In this document: positions 52,124 to 61,727 of the stretch, piece after piece
Position numbering within the stretch: the first letter of the stretch is position 1
Layout of the letters: each line of letters starts with the position of its first letter
DNA from: Candidatus Krumholzibacteriia bacterium
GTDB taxonomy: Bacteria; Krumholzibacteriota; Krumholzibacteriia; Krumholzibacteriales; Krumholzibacteriaceae
NCBI GenBank assembly: GCA_963836185.1
Contig: CAWIIQ010000001.1
Location: forward strand, 544,001 to 608,000
Length of the DNA stretch: 64,000 nt
Direction: 5' to 3'
Program-made: the position numbers and the translations under genes
The notes under the pieces: generated by a model
Told to the model about the DNA's origin: nothing
Database searches by the model: none
The model's input: only the letters and a program-made list of their open reading frames with translations

Positions 52124-53719
52124 TCAGTCACCCGGAGGAAGCGATCCCCCTGAATCCTTGAGACAACGCTCGGCATCTGGATGGCCCGGATCCACTTTCA
52201 GTGCATCTTTCCAGATAATTCTCGCTCTTTCCATATCTCCAGCATTGGCGTAGACCTTTCCGAGCCTGACCATCCGTGTGGCCTTTCCGAAGTTCGTGTC
52301 CTTCGCTATTGTCAGCCCGGTCGCGTAGAAGATAAGGACCGTCGCTATAATCACGATCATGAGGTCGAAGAGTTTCCTGTCCCTGACCATCTTGAGTATC
52401 TTCATCAGCGCCGCTCCGGCGAACGGGATGAGGAAGATGACCACCGGCAGGCGATAGCGGGCGAGGACGTAGAAGATCACCGCCGCGGCGAGGTATGTAA
52501 GCACGCCGCCGTAGAGCAGGATCAGCCTGTCCCACGATTTCCTCGTAAGGAATATCCCAAGCAGGGCGAATGAGAGGATGAACCAGTAACCGGGAAGAGG
52601 CAGCGATATCAAGCCTCCGAACTGACGGTGGAATGGCATGCTCTCAATACTGGCGCGCTCGTACCTGTTGAAGAAGTAGAGGAATTTCCTGAAGTTCAGC
52701 GCGGCCGATCTGCCCGGTTCGGATGAGATATACTTCAGTCCCTCATTCGTCCAGAACCTGGAAATCTCTTCCGGGGAGAGCTCGCGCTTTTCTGCCGATT
52801 CGGCGAGCAGGCGCATCCTCTCCTGCTGTACCTCTGGCGTTCCGCCGAGTGGCATGTCGCGGTAAAACGGCACGGAGTAGAAGCCGTTCGCCCTCGGATT
52901 GTTTCCTATGTAGAAGTTGATCCCTCCGCCGGTCGTAAGAGGCACGAATTTACCCGTCATCCTCGCGTTACGGATCGTGAGCGGCGCGACGGCGAAGATA
53001 ACGCCGATAATAAGGGCCGCTGAGTATCTCAGGAATCTTCTGCCTGTGACGGGGCCGTTTTCTTCGGTCACTTCATGCTTCTCGTGGCTGCTGTAATTCT
53101 TGATCAGCCTGATCTGCAGTATCGCGAATGGGATCAGCAGGACCGCAACGGGTTTGGCCATTATCGAGAGGCCCAGTACGAAGCCCGCGACCATCAGCCT
53201 TGCCGGGCCGGCCGGCCTGGAATCGGGTGTCAGCAGAAGAAGGAAAAAGGCGTTCAGAAAGAGGATCAGGGTCGCCGGCAGTACAACACCCTCGTAGAAG
53301 ATCGACGGAAGGTAGAATGCCGCGAGAAGGCCGGCGATTATACCGGCGGTAGACGACCTGAACAGCCTCCTCGTGTATACCGTGATGAATGCGCATGCGA
53401 GGACGCCGAGAAGCGCCTGCACGCTCCGAACCGCGGTGAGGTCCGGCCCGAAGACCCGGTATACAAACGACAGGAACCAGGGGTACAGCGGCGCCTGCAT
53501 CAGCCTGGTCGGCGGGAACTCGCCTCCCCATACGAGTGCCTTCGCCCACTTGTCGTAGACCAGGGAGTCCAGGACGAGGTTGTGAGCCAGCGGATTGAGG
53601 CGTGCGGTGAAGATCACGTGAAGCAACCTGGTAACAGCTGCGACCAGTACGACCACCGCTGCGAGAAACTCCTCGCTGATATATCTTGCGCTGACGATAT
53701 CTTTCTTCATCCGTTTCAT
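52124..53719 (-). CDS. Glycosyltransferase family 39 (PMT/ArnT-like) with C-terminal TPR
   Basis: DS..YD.WA, PLYPWFL, RN..M..., GINFYIGNNP.ANG, RYRLP; TPR tail. Confidence 0.88.
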   Translation of the reverse strand: MKRMKKDIVSARYISEEFLAAVVVLVAAVTRLLHVIFTARLNPLAHNLVLDSLVYDKWAKALVWGGEFPPTRLMQAPLYPWFLSFVYRVFGPDLTAVRSVQALLGVLACAFITVYTRRLFRSSTAGIIAGLLAAFYLPSIFYEGVVLPATLILFLNAFFLLLLTPDSRPAGPARLMVAGFVLGLSIMAKPVAVLLIPFAILQIRLIKNYSSHEKHEVTEENGPVTGRRFLRYSAALIIGVIFAVAPLTIRNARMTGKFVPLTTGGGINFYIGNNPRANGFYSVPFYRDMPLGGTPEVQQERMRLLAESAEKRELSPEEISRFWTNEGLKYISSEPGRSAALNFRKFLYFFNRYERASIESMPFHRQFGGLISLPLPGYWFILSFALLGIFLTRKSWDRLILLYGGVLTYLAAAVIFYVLARYRLPVVIFLIPFAGAALMKILKMVRDRKLFDLMIVIIATVLIFYATGLTIAKDTNFGKATRMVRLGKVYANAGDMERARIIWKDALKVDPGHPDAERCLKDSGGSLPPGD

Positions 53720-53752
53720 CAGCGATTATGATAATGCAACGGCGCACGGCGG

Positions 53753-55153
53753 TCAACGGTTCACGGTAATCTCGAAGAGCTCGCTCTCGACCATCTCCCA
53801 GACCTTCAGGCCCGCCTGCTCGACGCCATCGTCGTCGACTGATCTCTTGACCATCGCGGGGATTTCCGGAAGGAGCCTGATTGTCACGGTGGTGCCTTCT
53901 GCCGTCCTGAATACAGCGAACGGGGGCCCGTCGAACGTTTTGACGGAGATGTTTCTCTTTCCAAGGGTGCATCCGCTGCCCAGCTGAACGCCATCGATGA
54001 GGCAGGATCGCGGCGGCTCGAGTACGCTGTGGACTTCGGCGCTTATGCCGAAGTGACCCGATGAGCCCGTTTCATCAAGGGCGAGCCTGCCCATCCTGTA
54101 GCCGAGGACGACAAACGGCCCGAGATGCCCGTGGAAGTTTCTGATAAGGGCAAGGGCGTCTCCCGCTGCCGGCATGTTGTGCGCGTGCCCTTCGTGGTCC
54201 ATGCCCGGCGCTTCCCAAGTACCGTGGAGGTATCCTTCAAGGCAGGCGCCATTTTTAAGCCTGACGACCCTGATCCTGCCGCCATCCGATCCTTTAAGGG
54301 AAAATCGGCCTCCGGAGCGTGCGGCAGGCTCGAAAGTCTTCCCGTCTGTCTCGAAGAGGCCGGGGGCCGCGAGAGCAGCCGCGGCGATCTCGTCAAACAG
54401 GAAAAGGTGCGCTCCGGTATCCCCGCCTGTGGTCGCGGTGATCCATCTTGCCGCCTGCGTGTTTCCTTCGACATCGCGCAGCAGTTTGCCCGGGTCGCCG
54501 TCCCATGACACATCGACGAGGAAGATCGTGCCTGCCTTCTCCATGACCAGGCTGGCCGCTTCGGGATCGTAGCCGAGGTTCCAGCCGTCGACCGTCTCCC
54601 CATCGAGCGAAACGGGCATCCAGATCTCCATGTCCTTAAGGGTGCCGGGATCACGCCGCTCGAGCTCGGCCAGGTTGGTCAGCGGCCCCAGGGCCAGCCA
54701 TACACCCCCCCGCAGCAGGTCCGGGCCGGAAGAGGCGCCGGCGAGCGAACTGGCAGAGAGAGTCCGCGGGGGAGGGAAGGGATGGCCGCCGAGTCCCTCG
54801 GCGTGTGATCTCCACTGCGGAGGCTCTTTCGTCTTTCCGGGGAATCCTCTGTAGACGGTCACCGGGGCCGATCCCGCGGACTCGATCAGGCCGATCAGGT
54901 TGTCTGACGCCTTTACCGCCGAGGCGGAGCCTTCGACCGTGCAAAAGGCGGCAATCTCGATTCCACGCGAGCCGAGAAGCGCGAATATCGCCCTGGCGTC
55001 ATCGAGCCCCATGTCGGTATCGACGATTATTACGCGGCTTTCTCCCTCCGGGGAGACAACGGCAGCTGCGCAGCGGCGGGCCGGCAGGAGTTGAGAGGAC
55101 AGGGCCATTATAACGAACACTGCGACTGCTGCGACAGATCTCACTCTATTCAT
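53753..55153 (-). CDS. Secreted nucleoside-hydrolase-fold / FmdE-domain fusion protein
   Basis: Signal peptide; VDTDMGLDD, LGPLTNLA, WN..YDPEAA (NH fold); HEGHAH linker; FHGHLGP...G.RMG, SCLIDGVQ..GCTLGK (FmdE). Confidence 0.85.
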   Translation of the reverse strand: MNRVRSVAAVAVFVIMALSSQLLPARRCAAAVVSPEGESRVIIVDTDMGLDDARAIFALLGSRGIEIAAFCTVEGSASAVKASDNLIGLIESAGSAPVTVYRGFPGKTKEPPQWRSHAEGLGGHPFPPPRTLSASSLAGASSGPDLLRGGVWLALGPLTNLAELERRDPGTLKDMEIWMPVSLDGETVDGWNLGYDPEAASLVMEKAGTIFLVDVSWDGDPGKLLRDVEGNTQAARWITATTGGDTGAHLFLFDEIAAAALAAPGLFETDGKTFEPAARSGGRFSLKGSDGGRIRVVRLKNGACLEGYLHGTWEAPGMDHEGHAHNMPAAGDALALIRNFHGHLGPFVVLGYRMGRLALDETGSSGHFGISAEVHSVLEPPRSCLIDGVQLGSGCTLGKRNISVKTFDGPPFAVFRTAEGTTVTIRLLPEIPAMVKRSVDDDGVEQAGLKVWEMVESELFEITVNR

Positions 55154-55250
55154 TTTAACCTCCGTGTATCCTCTCGCGTCGATTGCCGGATCGGGATTTC
55201 TCGGTTCGTCCTTCCTGAACCCTTGTGATAAATAGCACAAATAAGCAAAA

Positions 55251-55302
55251 CGTGCCACTATTTACTTGACTAAAGTAGCACGAATACGGTTATGTTGGCA
55301 CG
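55251..55302. promoter_or_regulatory. Inverted-repeat operator overlapping a -35 box between divergent genes
   Basis: CGTGCCAC-N16-GTAGCACG (55251-55282) enclosing TTGACT (55266); extra half-sites ATAGCACA (55232) and TTGGCACG (55295). Confidence 0.55.
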
Positions 55303-55341
55303 ATTTGATCTCGACTGTATTTAACGCGCTGGTGGTGGAAG

Positions 55342-57189
55342 ATGCTTCGGAAGATATTTTATGTTTTCGCTCTATTCTCTGTCTTCACTTCAGGCGCCGG
55401 CCTTTGCGGCGATGCGAAAGGTGAAAAACCGGACACTCTCGTCCAGTACAGGATGGAGGAGATCATCGTCACTGCGACCAGGATCGAATCTCCACTCGAG
55501 AGCCTGGCACTCTCGGTCTCCTTTATCGGACCGGAGGAGATCGATGTCTCGCTCAAGAACTCTTCGACTGATCTGGCGGGGATACTCCCCGGAGTCTTTA
55601 TCATGCGGACGGGGAATTTCGGGAGAAGCGATGTGAGTATCCGCGGACTCGGCTCGAGCGGGAGACAGTCGCTCGTCCTGATGGAGGGCCGGCCGGAAAG
55701 GATGGCCCTTTTCGACTGCACGGTGACTCAATCTTTTCCTCTGCATGACGTCGAAAGGGTGGAAGTGGTCAAGGGAGCTTCCTCCACCATGTACGGATCG
55801 GGCGCGATGGGAGGGGTGATGAACGTCATCCCCCGCGGCGTGAGAAATCCCCTAGAGATCGATCTGCGGGCGGCGGGAGGGACCTGGGATACATACCTTT
55901 CAAGCGGCCGCATTGCGGGCAGAAAGGGAAGGCTGGCCGGCTCGGTCAGCGCCGACTACAGGGAGTCGGCTGGCCACGTGGAAAATTCCGCCTACAGGGG
56001 CACCGATATCACCGCCAGGGGAGAGACGCTGATCCCCGGGGCTCTGGTGCTGTCCGTATGGGCGAAGTACTTCGACGGGTACAAGGAGGAGCCGCTCAGG
56101 GCCACTGACGACCCTTCGTTGATCTCCGATACGTGGAACGACTACAAGCGAGGCAGCCTCGACCTGGGCCTGAAAGGCGAAGGCGATCAGTATCATTACA
56201 GCGCGAGGTATTACCGAAACTTCGGGGAGCACAGGTTCTCCGATGGATGGCACTCGAAAGATGCCACAGACGGGATCATCGTGTACGGGAGATCAGAGCC
56301 CGCAATCGGGCTGGAGATCTCGGGCGGCGGAGATTACAGATTCCAGCGGGGCAGGCTGCCTGAGGAGCCGGATGCTGAATGGGACAAATGGGAGGCCGGG
56401 GCCTACCTTCAGGCGGAGTATCTCTGCAGGGAGCGGATCACCCTGACGGCAGGAGCCAGATATAATTATGACGGCGTTGCCGGAGAGGAAGTTAGCCCGT
56501 CTTTCGGCCTGGTCCTGCGGCCGTTCGAGGGGACGAGCCTGAGAGCAGTCGCCGCTCACGGTTTCAGGTCGCCGCAGATCAACGAACTGTACATGTTTCC
56601 TTCGTCGAACGAGGGCCTTGAAGCGGAAAAGGTGTGGAACTACGAGGCGGGGTTGCGCCAGCGGCTTCCCGGAAGTCTCGAGATAGATCTCTCAGTCTAC
56701 AGGATGGACGGAGAGAACATGATCGAGTTTGCCGACAATCCCTCTCCGCCTCCGATGATGAGATATGCCAACACTGGGGATTTCATTTTCGACGGGATGG
56801 AAGTGTCTATGGACGGGAACTGGAAAGGCGGCTTCGGCTCGAATGTCTCATGGTCGAAACTTGATCCGGGGCGCTGGACGCAGGGAAGGCCGGGTACGAA
56901 GGTCGATTTCGGCATCTATCAATATGCGAAACGCTACACGGTTCGGCTGTCCGGAAGATACATCGGTGATTATTACGCCGGGAACGATTCGACCGATCCG
57001 ATACCTTCCTATACGGTCGTCGATATCTACGGGGAAGCGGGAGTAGCTGGAGGCGTGTCTGTATTTGCCGGACTCAGCAACATCGGCGACACGGAGTATT
57101 TCATCTATACCGATCTGCCGGGGGGACAGGCCGGCCTGTACCTTATGCCGGGCAGGACATTCACCGCCGGACTGAAATACGGATACTGA
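55342..57189 (+). CDS. TonB-dependent receptor (BtuB/CirA-like)
   Basis: IIVTATR, IRG, ERVEVVKG..S..YGSGAMGGV.N, GFRSP.I.ELY, PGRTF..GLKY.Y. Confidence 0.93.
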   Translation: MLRKIFYVFALFSVFTSGAGLCGDAKGEKPDTLVQYRMEEIIVTATRIESPLESLALSVSFIGPEEIDVSLKNSSTDLAGILPGVFIMRTGNFGRSDVSIRGLGSSGRQSLVLMEGRPERMALFDCTVTQSFPLHDVERVEVVKGASSTMYGSGAMGGVMNVIPRGVRNPLEIDLRAAGGTWDTYLSSGRIAGRKGRLAGSVSADYRESAGHVENSAYRGTDITARGETLIPGALVLSVWAKYFDGYKEEPLRATDDPSLISDTWNDYKRGSLDLGLKGEGDQYHYSARYYRNFGEHRFSDGWHSKDATDGIIVYGRSEPAIGLEISGGGDYRFQRGRLPEEPDAEWDKWEAGAYLQAEYLCRERITLTAGARYNYDGVAGEEVSPSFGLVLRPFEGTSLRAVAAHGFRSPQINELYMFPSSNEGLEAEKVWNYEAGLRQRLPGSLEIDLSVYRMDGENMIEFADNPSPPPMMRYANTGDFIFDGMEVSMDGNWKGGFGSNVSWSKLDPGRWTQGRPGTKVDFGIYQYAKRYTVRLSGRYIGDYYAGNDSTDPIPSYTVVDIYGEAGVAGGVSVFAGLSNIGDTEYFIYTDLPGGQAGLYLMPGRTFTAGLKYGY

Positions 57190-57200
57190 CCTGGCCCGGG

Positions 57201-57581
57201 TCAATCAGATCCGCCGTCCAGATCATCCGCGATGATCTCCTCTATCTTCCGTTCGTCTTCGTGTGTCCTGATCAGGTCGAGGACATGCTCGAACTCGCCG
57301 CGCACGTCATCGCCGAACCCGTCGACCATGGCGAGTGTGCGTTTTCCGCTGTTGAGCCGGACCGTCCGCATCTTCTCGAGGATCGATTCGTAAGACTTGT
57401 CTGACGTGTACCCTGACAGAGTGTATCTCGAAACGAACTCTCCGCATTTCGCGCACTCGATATAGATCCTGACCTTCTTTCCCCTGCGTAAGTAGACATT
57501 GTTTTTCGTTTCGACGGCTCCGCATTTCGGGCAGTGCTCAAGCCGCGCGCTTTCCGTGCTTTTTTTCTCGTTTATATGCAT
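57201..57581 (-). CDS. Small zinc-ribbon protein (CxxC...CxxC)
   Basis: CPKCG..ECAKCG; 12 nt downstream of the DASS gene. Confidence 0.7.
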   Translation of the reverse strand: MHINEKKSTESARLEHCPKCGAVETKNNVYLRRGKKVRIYIECAKCGEFVSRYTLSGYTSDKSYESILEKMRTVRLNSGKRTLAMVDGFGDDVRGEFEHVLDLIRTHEDERKIEEIIADDLDGGSD

Positions 57582-57592
57582 ATCATGCTTCC

Positions 57593-58963
57593 TTAAAAGA
57601 GAAAGTATATCACAAGTGTCACGAATATCAGTGAGATCGCAGTGACGAGAGTTCCGGCCCTTGCCATGTCGCGGACGGCTATATGCCCCGAGCCATAGGC
57701 GATTGCGTTGGGCGGCGTGCTGACGGGAAGGATCATAGCTGCCGACGAGACAATCGCGACTACCAGCGCGCTCGACATCGGGGAGACCGCGGAGATTCCG
57801 ACCACTATCGGAAGGAGCAGGTTCGCCGTGGCGCTGTTTGAGATAAATGTCGTCATGATCGCCGCAACCGCCGCGAGAAGGAACAATATTCCTAGCGTCC
57901 CCATCGCCGCGAAGTCTATCTGAGCGACCATCCATTCGCTGAGCCCGCTCTCTCTCATCGCCACACCGAGGCTCATTCCGCCGCCTACGATAAAGAGGAT
58001 TCCCCAGCCGAGTTCCCTGAGGTCGTCATCGTCGAGAAGCCTGAGCCCGAAGAAGATGACAAAGGGTATGAGCGCGATTATCGATGAGGGTATTCCATGC
58101 AGTGACGAGGTGAGCCAGAGGATCACGACGAGTACGAATACGGCGATGATAAATTTGGAGCGCCTGTCGAGTGATTCGACCTCTTCAGCTACTTCAAGCT
58201 CCACGTGCTCTATTTTCGGCCTGAACAGGTAGTAGAGGATCAGCCAGCAGACCAGTATCAGGACGATGACGATCGGCACCCCGATGGTCATCCAGCCTAG
58301 AAAGGACATCTCGTATCCCGTCTGCTCGAGGAACCCGATCGCGATGGCGTTCGGGGGGGAGCCGATCGGGGTCCCGATGCCACCGATGTTCGAGGAGAAG
58401 GGGATCCCGAGGATCATCGCTTTTTTGAACGGTTCATTTCCCGGGAAGGTGTTCACGACCGGGATGGCTACCGCCATCATGAGGGCCGTCGTCGCCGTGT
58501 TGGAGATCCACATCGACAGGAAGGCGCACATCACCATCATGCCGAGCAGAACGGCCGCCGGTTTGTTGCCTATCCTGTGCAGCAGTTTCCTCAAAAGCCA
58601 CGTATCGATCCCGTACCGTTTGACCGCCTGTGCCATCACGAATCCACCGAGCAGCAGCACGACGACCGAGCTGAAGAAGGGGTGTAGAAAGATCATGTAG
58701 CCGGAGCCGGTCAACTCCAGCGGGCCTCCGCTCCGTCCGAGGAGGATGACTTCGAGTATTACGATGATGAACGAGGTCACGTAGAGAGAAAAGGGTTCGA
58801 GGACCCAGAGTATCGCCGCCATGGTGAAGATCCCGAAGGTCAGTCTGCCCGCTTCGGACAGTCCGTCGAACGGGATGCGGCTCACCGCCGCCCCGGCCAG
58901 CAGGGCGATTGCCAGTATGAAGAGGGCCTTGCGGTTCTTTTGCGTAAGAATCAGAAGTTTCAT
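57593..58963 (-). CDS. SLC13/DASS sodium-coupled anion symporter
   Basis: SMWISNTATT, GGIGTPIGSPPN, SNSATA, LPVSTPPNAI. Confidence 0.95.
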   Translation of the reverse strand: MKLLILTQKNRKALFILAIALLAGAAVSRIPFDGLSEAGRLTFGIFTMAAILWVLEPFSLYVTSFIIVILEVILLGRSGGPLELTGSGYMIFLHPFFSSVVVLLLGGFVMAQAVKRYGIDTWLLRKLLHRIGNKPAAVLLGMMVMCAFLSMWISNTATTALMMAVAIPVVNTFPGNEPFKKAMILGIPFSSNIGGIGTPIGSPPNAIAIGFLEQTGYEMSFLGWMTIGVPIVIVLILVCWLILYYLFRPKIEHVELEVAEEVESLDRRSKFIIAVFVLVVILWLTSSLHGIPSSIIALIPFVIFFGLRLLDDDDLRELGWGILFIVGGGMSLGVAMRESGLSEWMVAQIDFAAMGTLGILFLLAAVAAIMTTFISNSATANLLLPIVVGISAVSPMSSALVVAIVSSAAMILPVSTPPNAIAYGSGHIAVRDMARAGTLVTAISLIFVTLVIYFLF

Positions 58964-59127
58964 CCTGATCTTCCTTCCGGCACCGAAGCGTCAAACAGGG
59001 AGAAGATAATAGGGGGGGCGGTTAATGTGAAGTGAAATCGGCCGCGGCTCGAATCGCCTTGACACCGCGCCTTTCAGGCCGATAGCATCACGCGTACGGA
59101 AATGGTTTTAATCCACGGAGGCCCGAT

Positions 59128-60039
59128 ATGTCCGAAATCAAAAAAGTACTTTTCACATCAGATTTTTCAGATCTATCCAATCACGCGCTGCCTTACGCGA
59201 TCAAGATGGCGAAGATCTACAATGCCGAGTTGATCATGCTCCACGCGGTGACGATCTACGACAACGATCCGAACGATCCCGACTATCACTTCCCGTACCT
59301 GCAGACATACTGCGAGCAGGCCACAAAAAGCGCCGATGACCGGTTCCAGGTATGCTACGAGCGCGCCGGCGACTCCGGGGTCAAGGTTCGCAAGGCTCTT
59401 GTGCAGGGTATCTCCCCGCACGCCGCTATCCTCGAGTTCATCAAGCAGGAGGGGGACATCGGCCTGATCTGCATGTCTACACACGGCCGCAGCGGGCTGA
59501 AGCATGTGCTTCTCGGCAGCGTCACCGAGAATGTAATCAGGTATTCGCCGTGCCCTGTCCTCGTTGTGAAGCAGACCGAGCACGAGTTCGTCGATCCAGA
59601 GACTCACGAGGCCCATATCAGGAAGATACTTTTCCCTTATGACTTTTCCGACGAGTCGCTCGAGCCGGTCGAGATGCTCCGCTCCATCGGCGGAGTTGGA
59701 GGCGCCGAGATCATCGTCCTGCATGCCGTCGACGTCGAGATACCTCCAGTATATTATACGGCGGGAGTCACGTCGATACTTCAGCTCGACCCGGAGCTCG
59801 ATGACAGGGTGGAAGGGAAGATGAAATCGGAGCTCGGAAAGGCCCTCGAAGGCTTCGATGTGAAGTATGTCGTCAAGGAGGGCAGGGCGGTCGACCGGAT
59901 ACGCGAGGCGGCGGAGGAAGAGAAGGTCGATCTGATAGTGATGGGTTCGGCGGGGTCACACGGAGTCGGAGACTTCCTCTTCGGGTCCACCTCGGCCCGG
60001 GTCATCCAGAAAGCGGTCTGTCCCGTTCTCATCATCTGA
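59128..60039 (+). CDS. Tandem-domain universal stress protein
   Basis: Two USP domains (THGRSG...LGSVTE..CPVL; MGSAG...FGST..CPVL); TTGACA-N18-TAGCAT upstream at 59059. Confidence 0.95.
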   Translation: MSEIKKVLFTSDFSDLSNHALPYAIKMAKIYNAELIMLHAVTIYDNDPNDPDYHFPYLQTYCEQATKSADDRFQVCYERAGDSGVKVRKALVQGISPHAAILEFIKQEGDIGLICMSTHGRSGLKHVLLGSVTENVIRYSPCPVLVVKQTEHEFVDPETHEAHIRKILFPYDFSDESLEPVEMLRSIGGVGGAEIIVLHAVDVEIPPVYYTAGVTSILQLDPELDDRVEGKMKSELGKALEGFDVKYVVKEGRAVDRIREAAEEEKVDLIVMGSAGSHGVGDFLFGSTSARVIQKAVCPVLII

Positions 60040-60792
60040 CCTGTCGATCATGTTCCGGTAGAGCCATTTGAACGCTATCCATGCCAGCCAGCCGAGGAGC
60101 GCCCCGAGGGCCATCCCCGCGATGATATCAGATGTCCAGTGCACACCGATGTATACCCGTGAATACGAGACGAGAAGCGCGACGAAGAGCAGGGGCCAGA
60201 GCGTCTTGCGGAAGGCGAGGCCGAGAAAGAGCATCGCTCCGGTGATATTTGTCGCGTGGCTCGACGGAAAGGAGAAGGAGGACTTGTAGCTCCGAATGAC
60301 CTCTGCCGGTGTCGTTATCCAACCCTCGGGCCCGTACCAGAAGTGAACGCTGCCGAGGACCTCGCACGGCCTCGACCTGCCGACGAGCGGCTTTATGACA
60401 GAGGCGGAGAGCTGATCGGTCGCCGCTACGAGAGGGATCAGCATAAGCGCCACCCATCTTCCCCTGGTTCCTCCGAAGAGGACAAGGAACGCCCATATAA
60501 TGATAACCACGATGCGGCTGCGCCTGAAATCGGTCACTATCGGCATCAACACATCGAGGACGGGGGTGGCGGCCTTGCCATTGAGGAGCCGGAAGATCCT
60601 GACCTCGAGGGAACTCTCGTCCGGTGCGGGAGGGGGTACGAAAGGCCTGGTATCCGCAGTATCCGGCGTCATCGCTTCGTGCACGGCTTCGTGGGAGACA
60701 GCCGTGGAATCCCTTATTGAGGCTTCCGCTCCGGATAAGGAAACAAAAGCGATCAGGAGCGCTGAGAGTATTATTGATATGCGGGTTATCAT
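59956..60792 (-). CDS. PAP2-family phosphatase
   Basis: K..VGRSRP, SFPSSH, SRVYIGVHW.SD; likely start MITRISII. Confidence 0.9.
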   Translation of the reverse strand: MITRISIILSALLIAFVSLSGAEASIRDSTAVSHEAVHEAMTPDTADTRPFVPPPAPDESSLEVRIFRLLNGKAATPVLDVLMPIVTDFRRSRIVVIIIWAFLVLFGGTRGRWVALMLIPLVAATDQLSASVIKPLVGRSRPCEVLGSVHFWYGPEGWITTPAEVIRSYKSSFSFPSSHATNITGAMLFLGLAFRKTLWPLLFVALLVSYSRVYIGVHWTSDIIAGMALGALLGWLAWIAFKWLYRNMIDRSDDENGTDRFLDDPGRGGPEEEVSDSV

Positions 60793-60905
60793 CGCTGGGA
60801 ATCTACAGTATAGGCAGATGGCTGGCAAGGATGTAAAAGAGGCTGTGTGGCTCTTGTTGATCTGGTGGTATATGGGGGAGGCAGATCCTGGATGACGCGA
60901 AAATT

Positions 60906-61727
60906 TTACGTTCCGACCATCTGCGGCTGGATGTGGAATCCGCCTACGAGGCTTTCGAGCGAGCCGGAGCTCTCGAGAAAGGGGAACTCGATCAGCACCG
61001 GTTTTCCGACCTCGAGGTGTATCCCTTCCATGAAACTCGAGCAGGTCTGGATCGACGCGGGAAGTGTGGCGAAGAAGACGAAGTCGACCAGGCGGATGGC
61101 ATCCTGAGGTCCGAGCGCGCACATGACTGGCTTGTCGGGGTCGTCGAATCTTTCCGCGTGAAAGGCCGGCTGAGTGCGGGTCATCAGTTTTCCGATCTTG
61201 AGGTAGGCCCTCGTATTGGTCGTCCAGTATGCCGGGATATAGATGTGCCAGCGACCGGCGCTCTCCATCCGGCCGAGTATATGCTCGAGCTCGGCCCGCG
61301 AGGGCAGGCGCTTTGCCAGGTTCGAAGAGTCGATCATCGCGGGCTTGTTAGAGTCTGCCGAGCTGACGCCCATCATATTCATACCGAGTTCGGTGACCCA
61401 GTCGGATTCGGCCTGATCCACCTCGATCTTCGTCGTGGCTACCTTCTGTGATACTTCTGTCAGGCCGGTCATCACCGAGGTGACGTTCTTTCTCAACGCT
61501 TCGACATCGGCGGTCAGGACCCAGAAAGGCAGGTATATAATTTTTCCCTCGCGCTCCTCGGGAGGCGAGGCCCTGTAGACGTTCAAGGGAGCGAGGCCTT
61601 CGTCGGTCAGCACGCAGCGGCGGAAGCAGGTGTCGCACTGAAAGCTGACATACCTCCCCATGACGGGGAGCTCTCCGCCGCACTGGTCGCACTGAAGCCG
61701 TTGTACTGTCAGAAGGGCGTCCTTCAT
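60906..61727 (-). CDS. Zinc-ribbon protein C of the SPFH operon
   Basis: ATG 61727 overlaps the upstream stop (ATGA) and has RBS GGAAGG; CDQCGG..CDTC; YLPFW motif. Confidence 0.7.
   Translation of the reverse strand: MKDALLTVQRLQCDQCGGELPVMGRYVSFQCDTCFRRCVLTDEGLAPLNVYRASPPEEREGKIIYLPFWVLTADVEALRKNVTSVMTGLTEVSQKVATTKIEVDQAESDWVTELGMNMMGVSSADSNKPAMIDSSNLAKRLPSRAELEHILGRMESAGRWHIYIPAYWTTNTRAYLKIGKLMTRTQPAFHAERFDDPDKPVMCALGPQDAIRLVDFVFFATLPASIQTCSSFMEGIHLEVGKPVLIEFPFLESSGSLESLVGGFHIQPQMVGT

Noticed and set aside
55245-55310. Sigma54 promoters at the TGGCACG motifs
   Set aside because: GG-to-GC spacing is 8 nt on the minus strand, and there is no GC at -12 on the plus strand.
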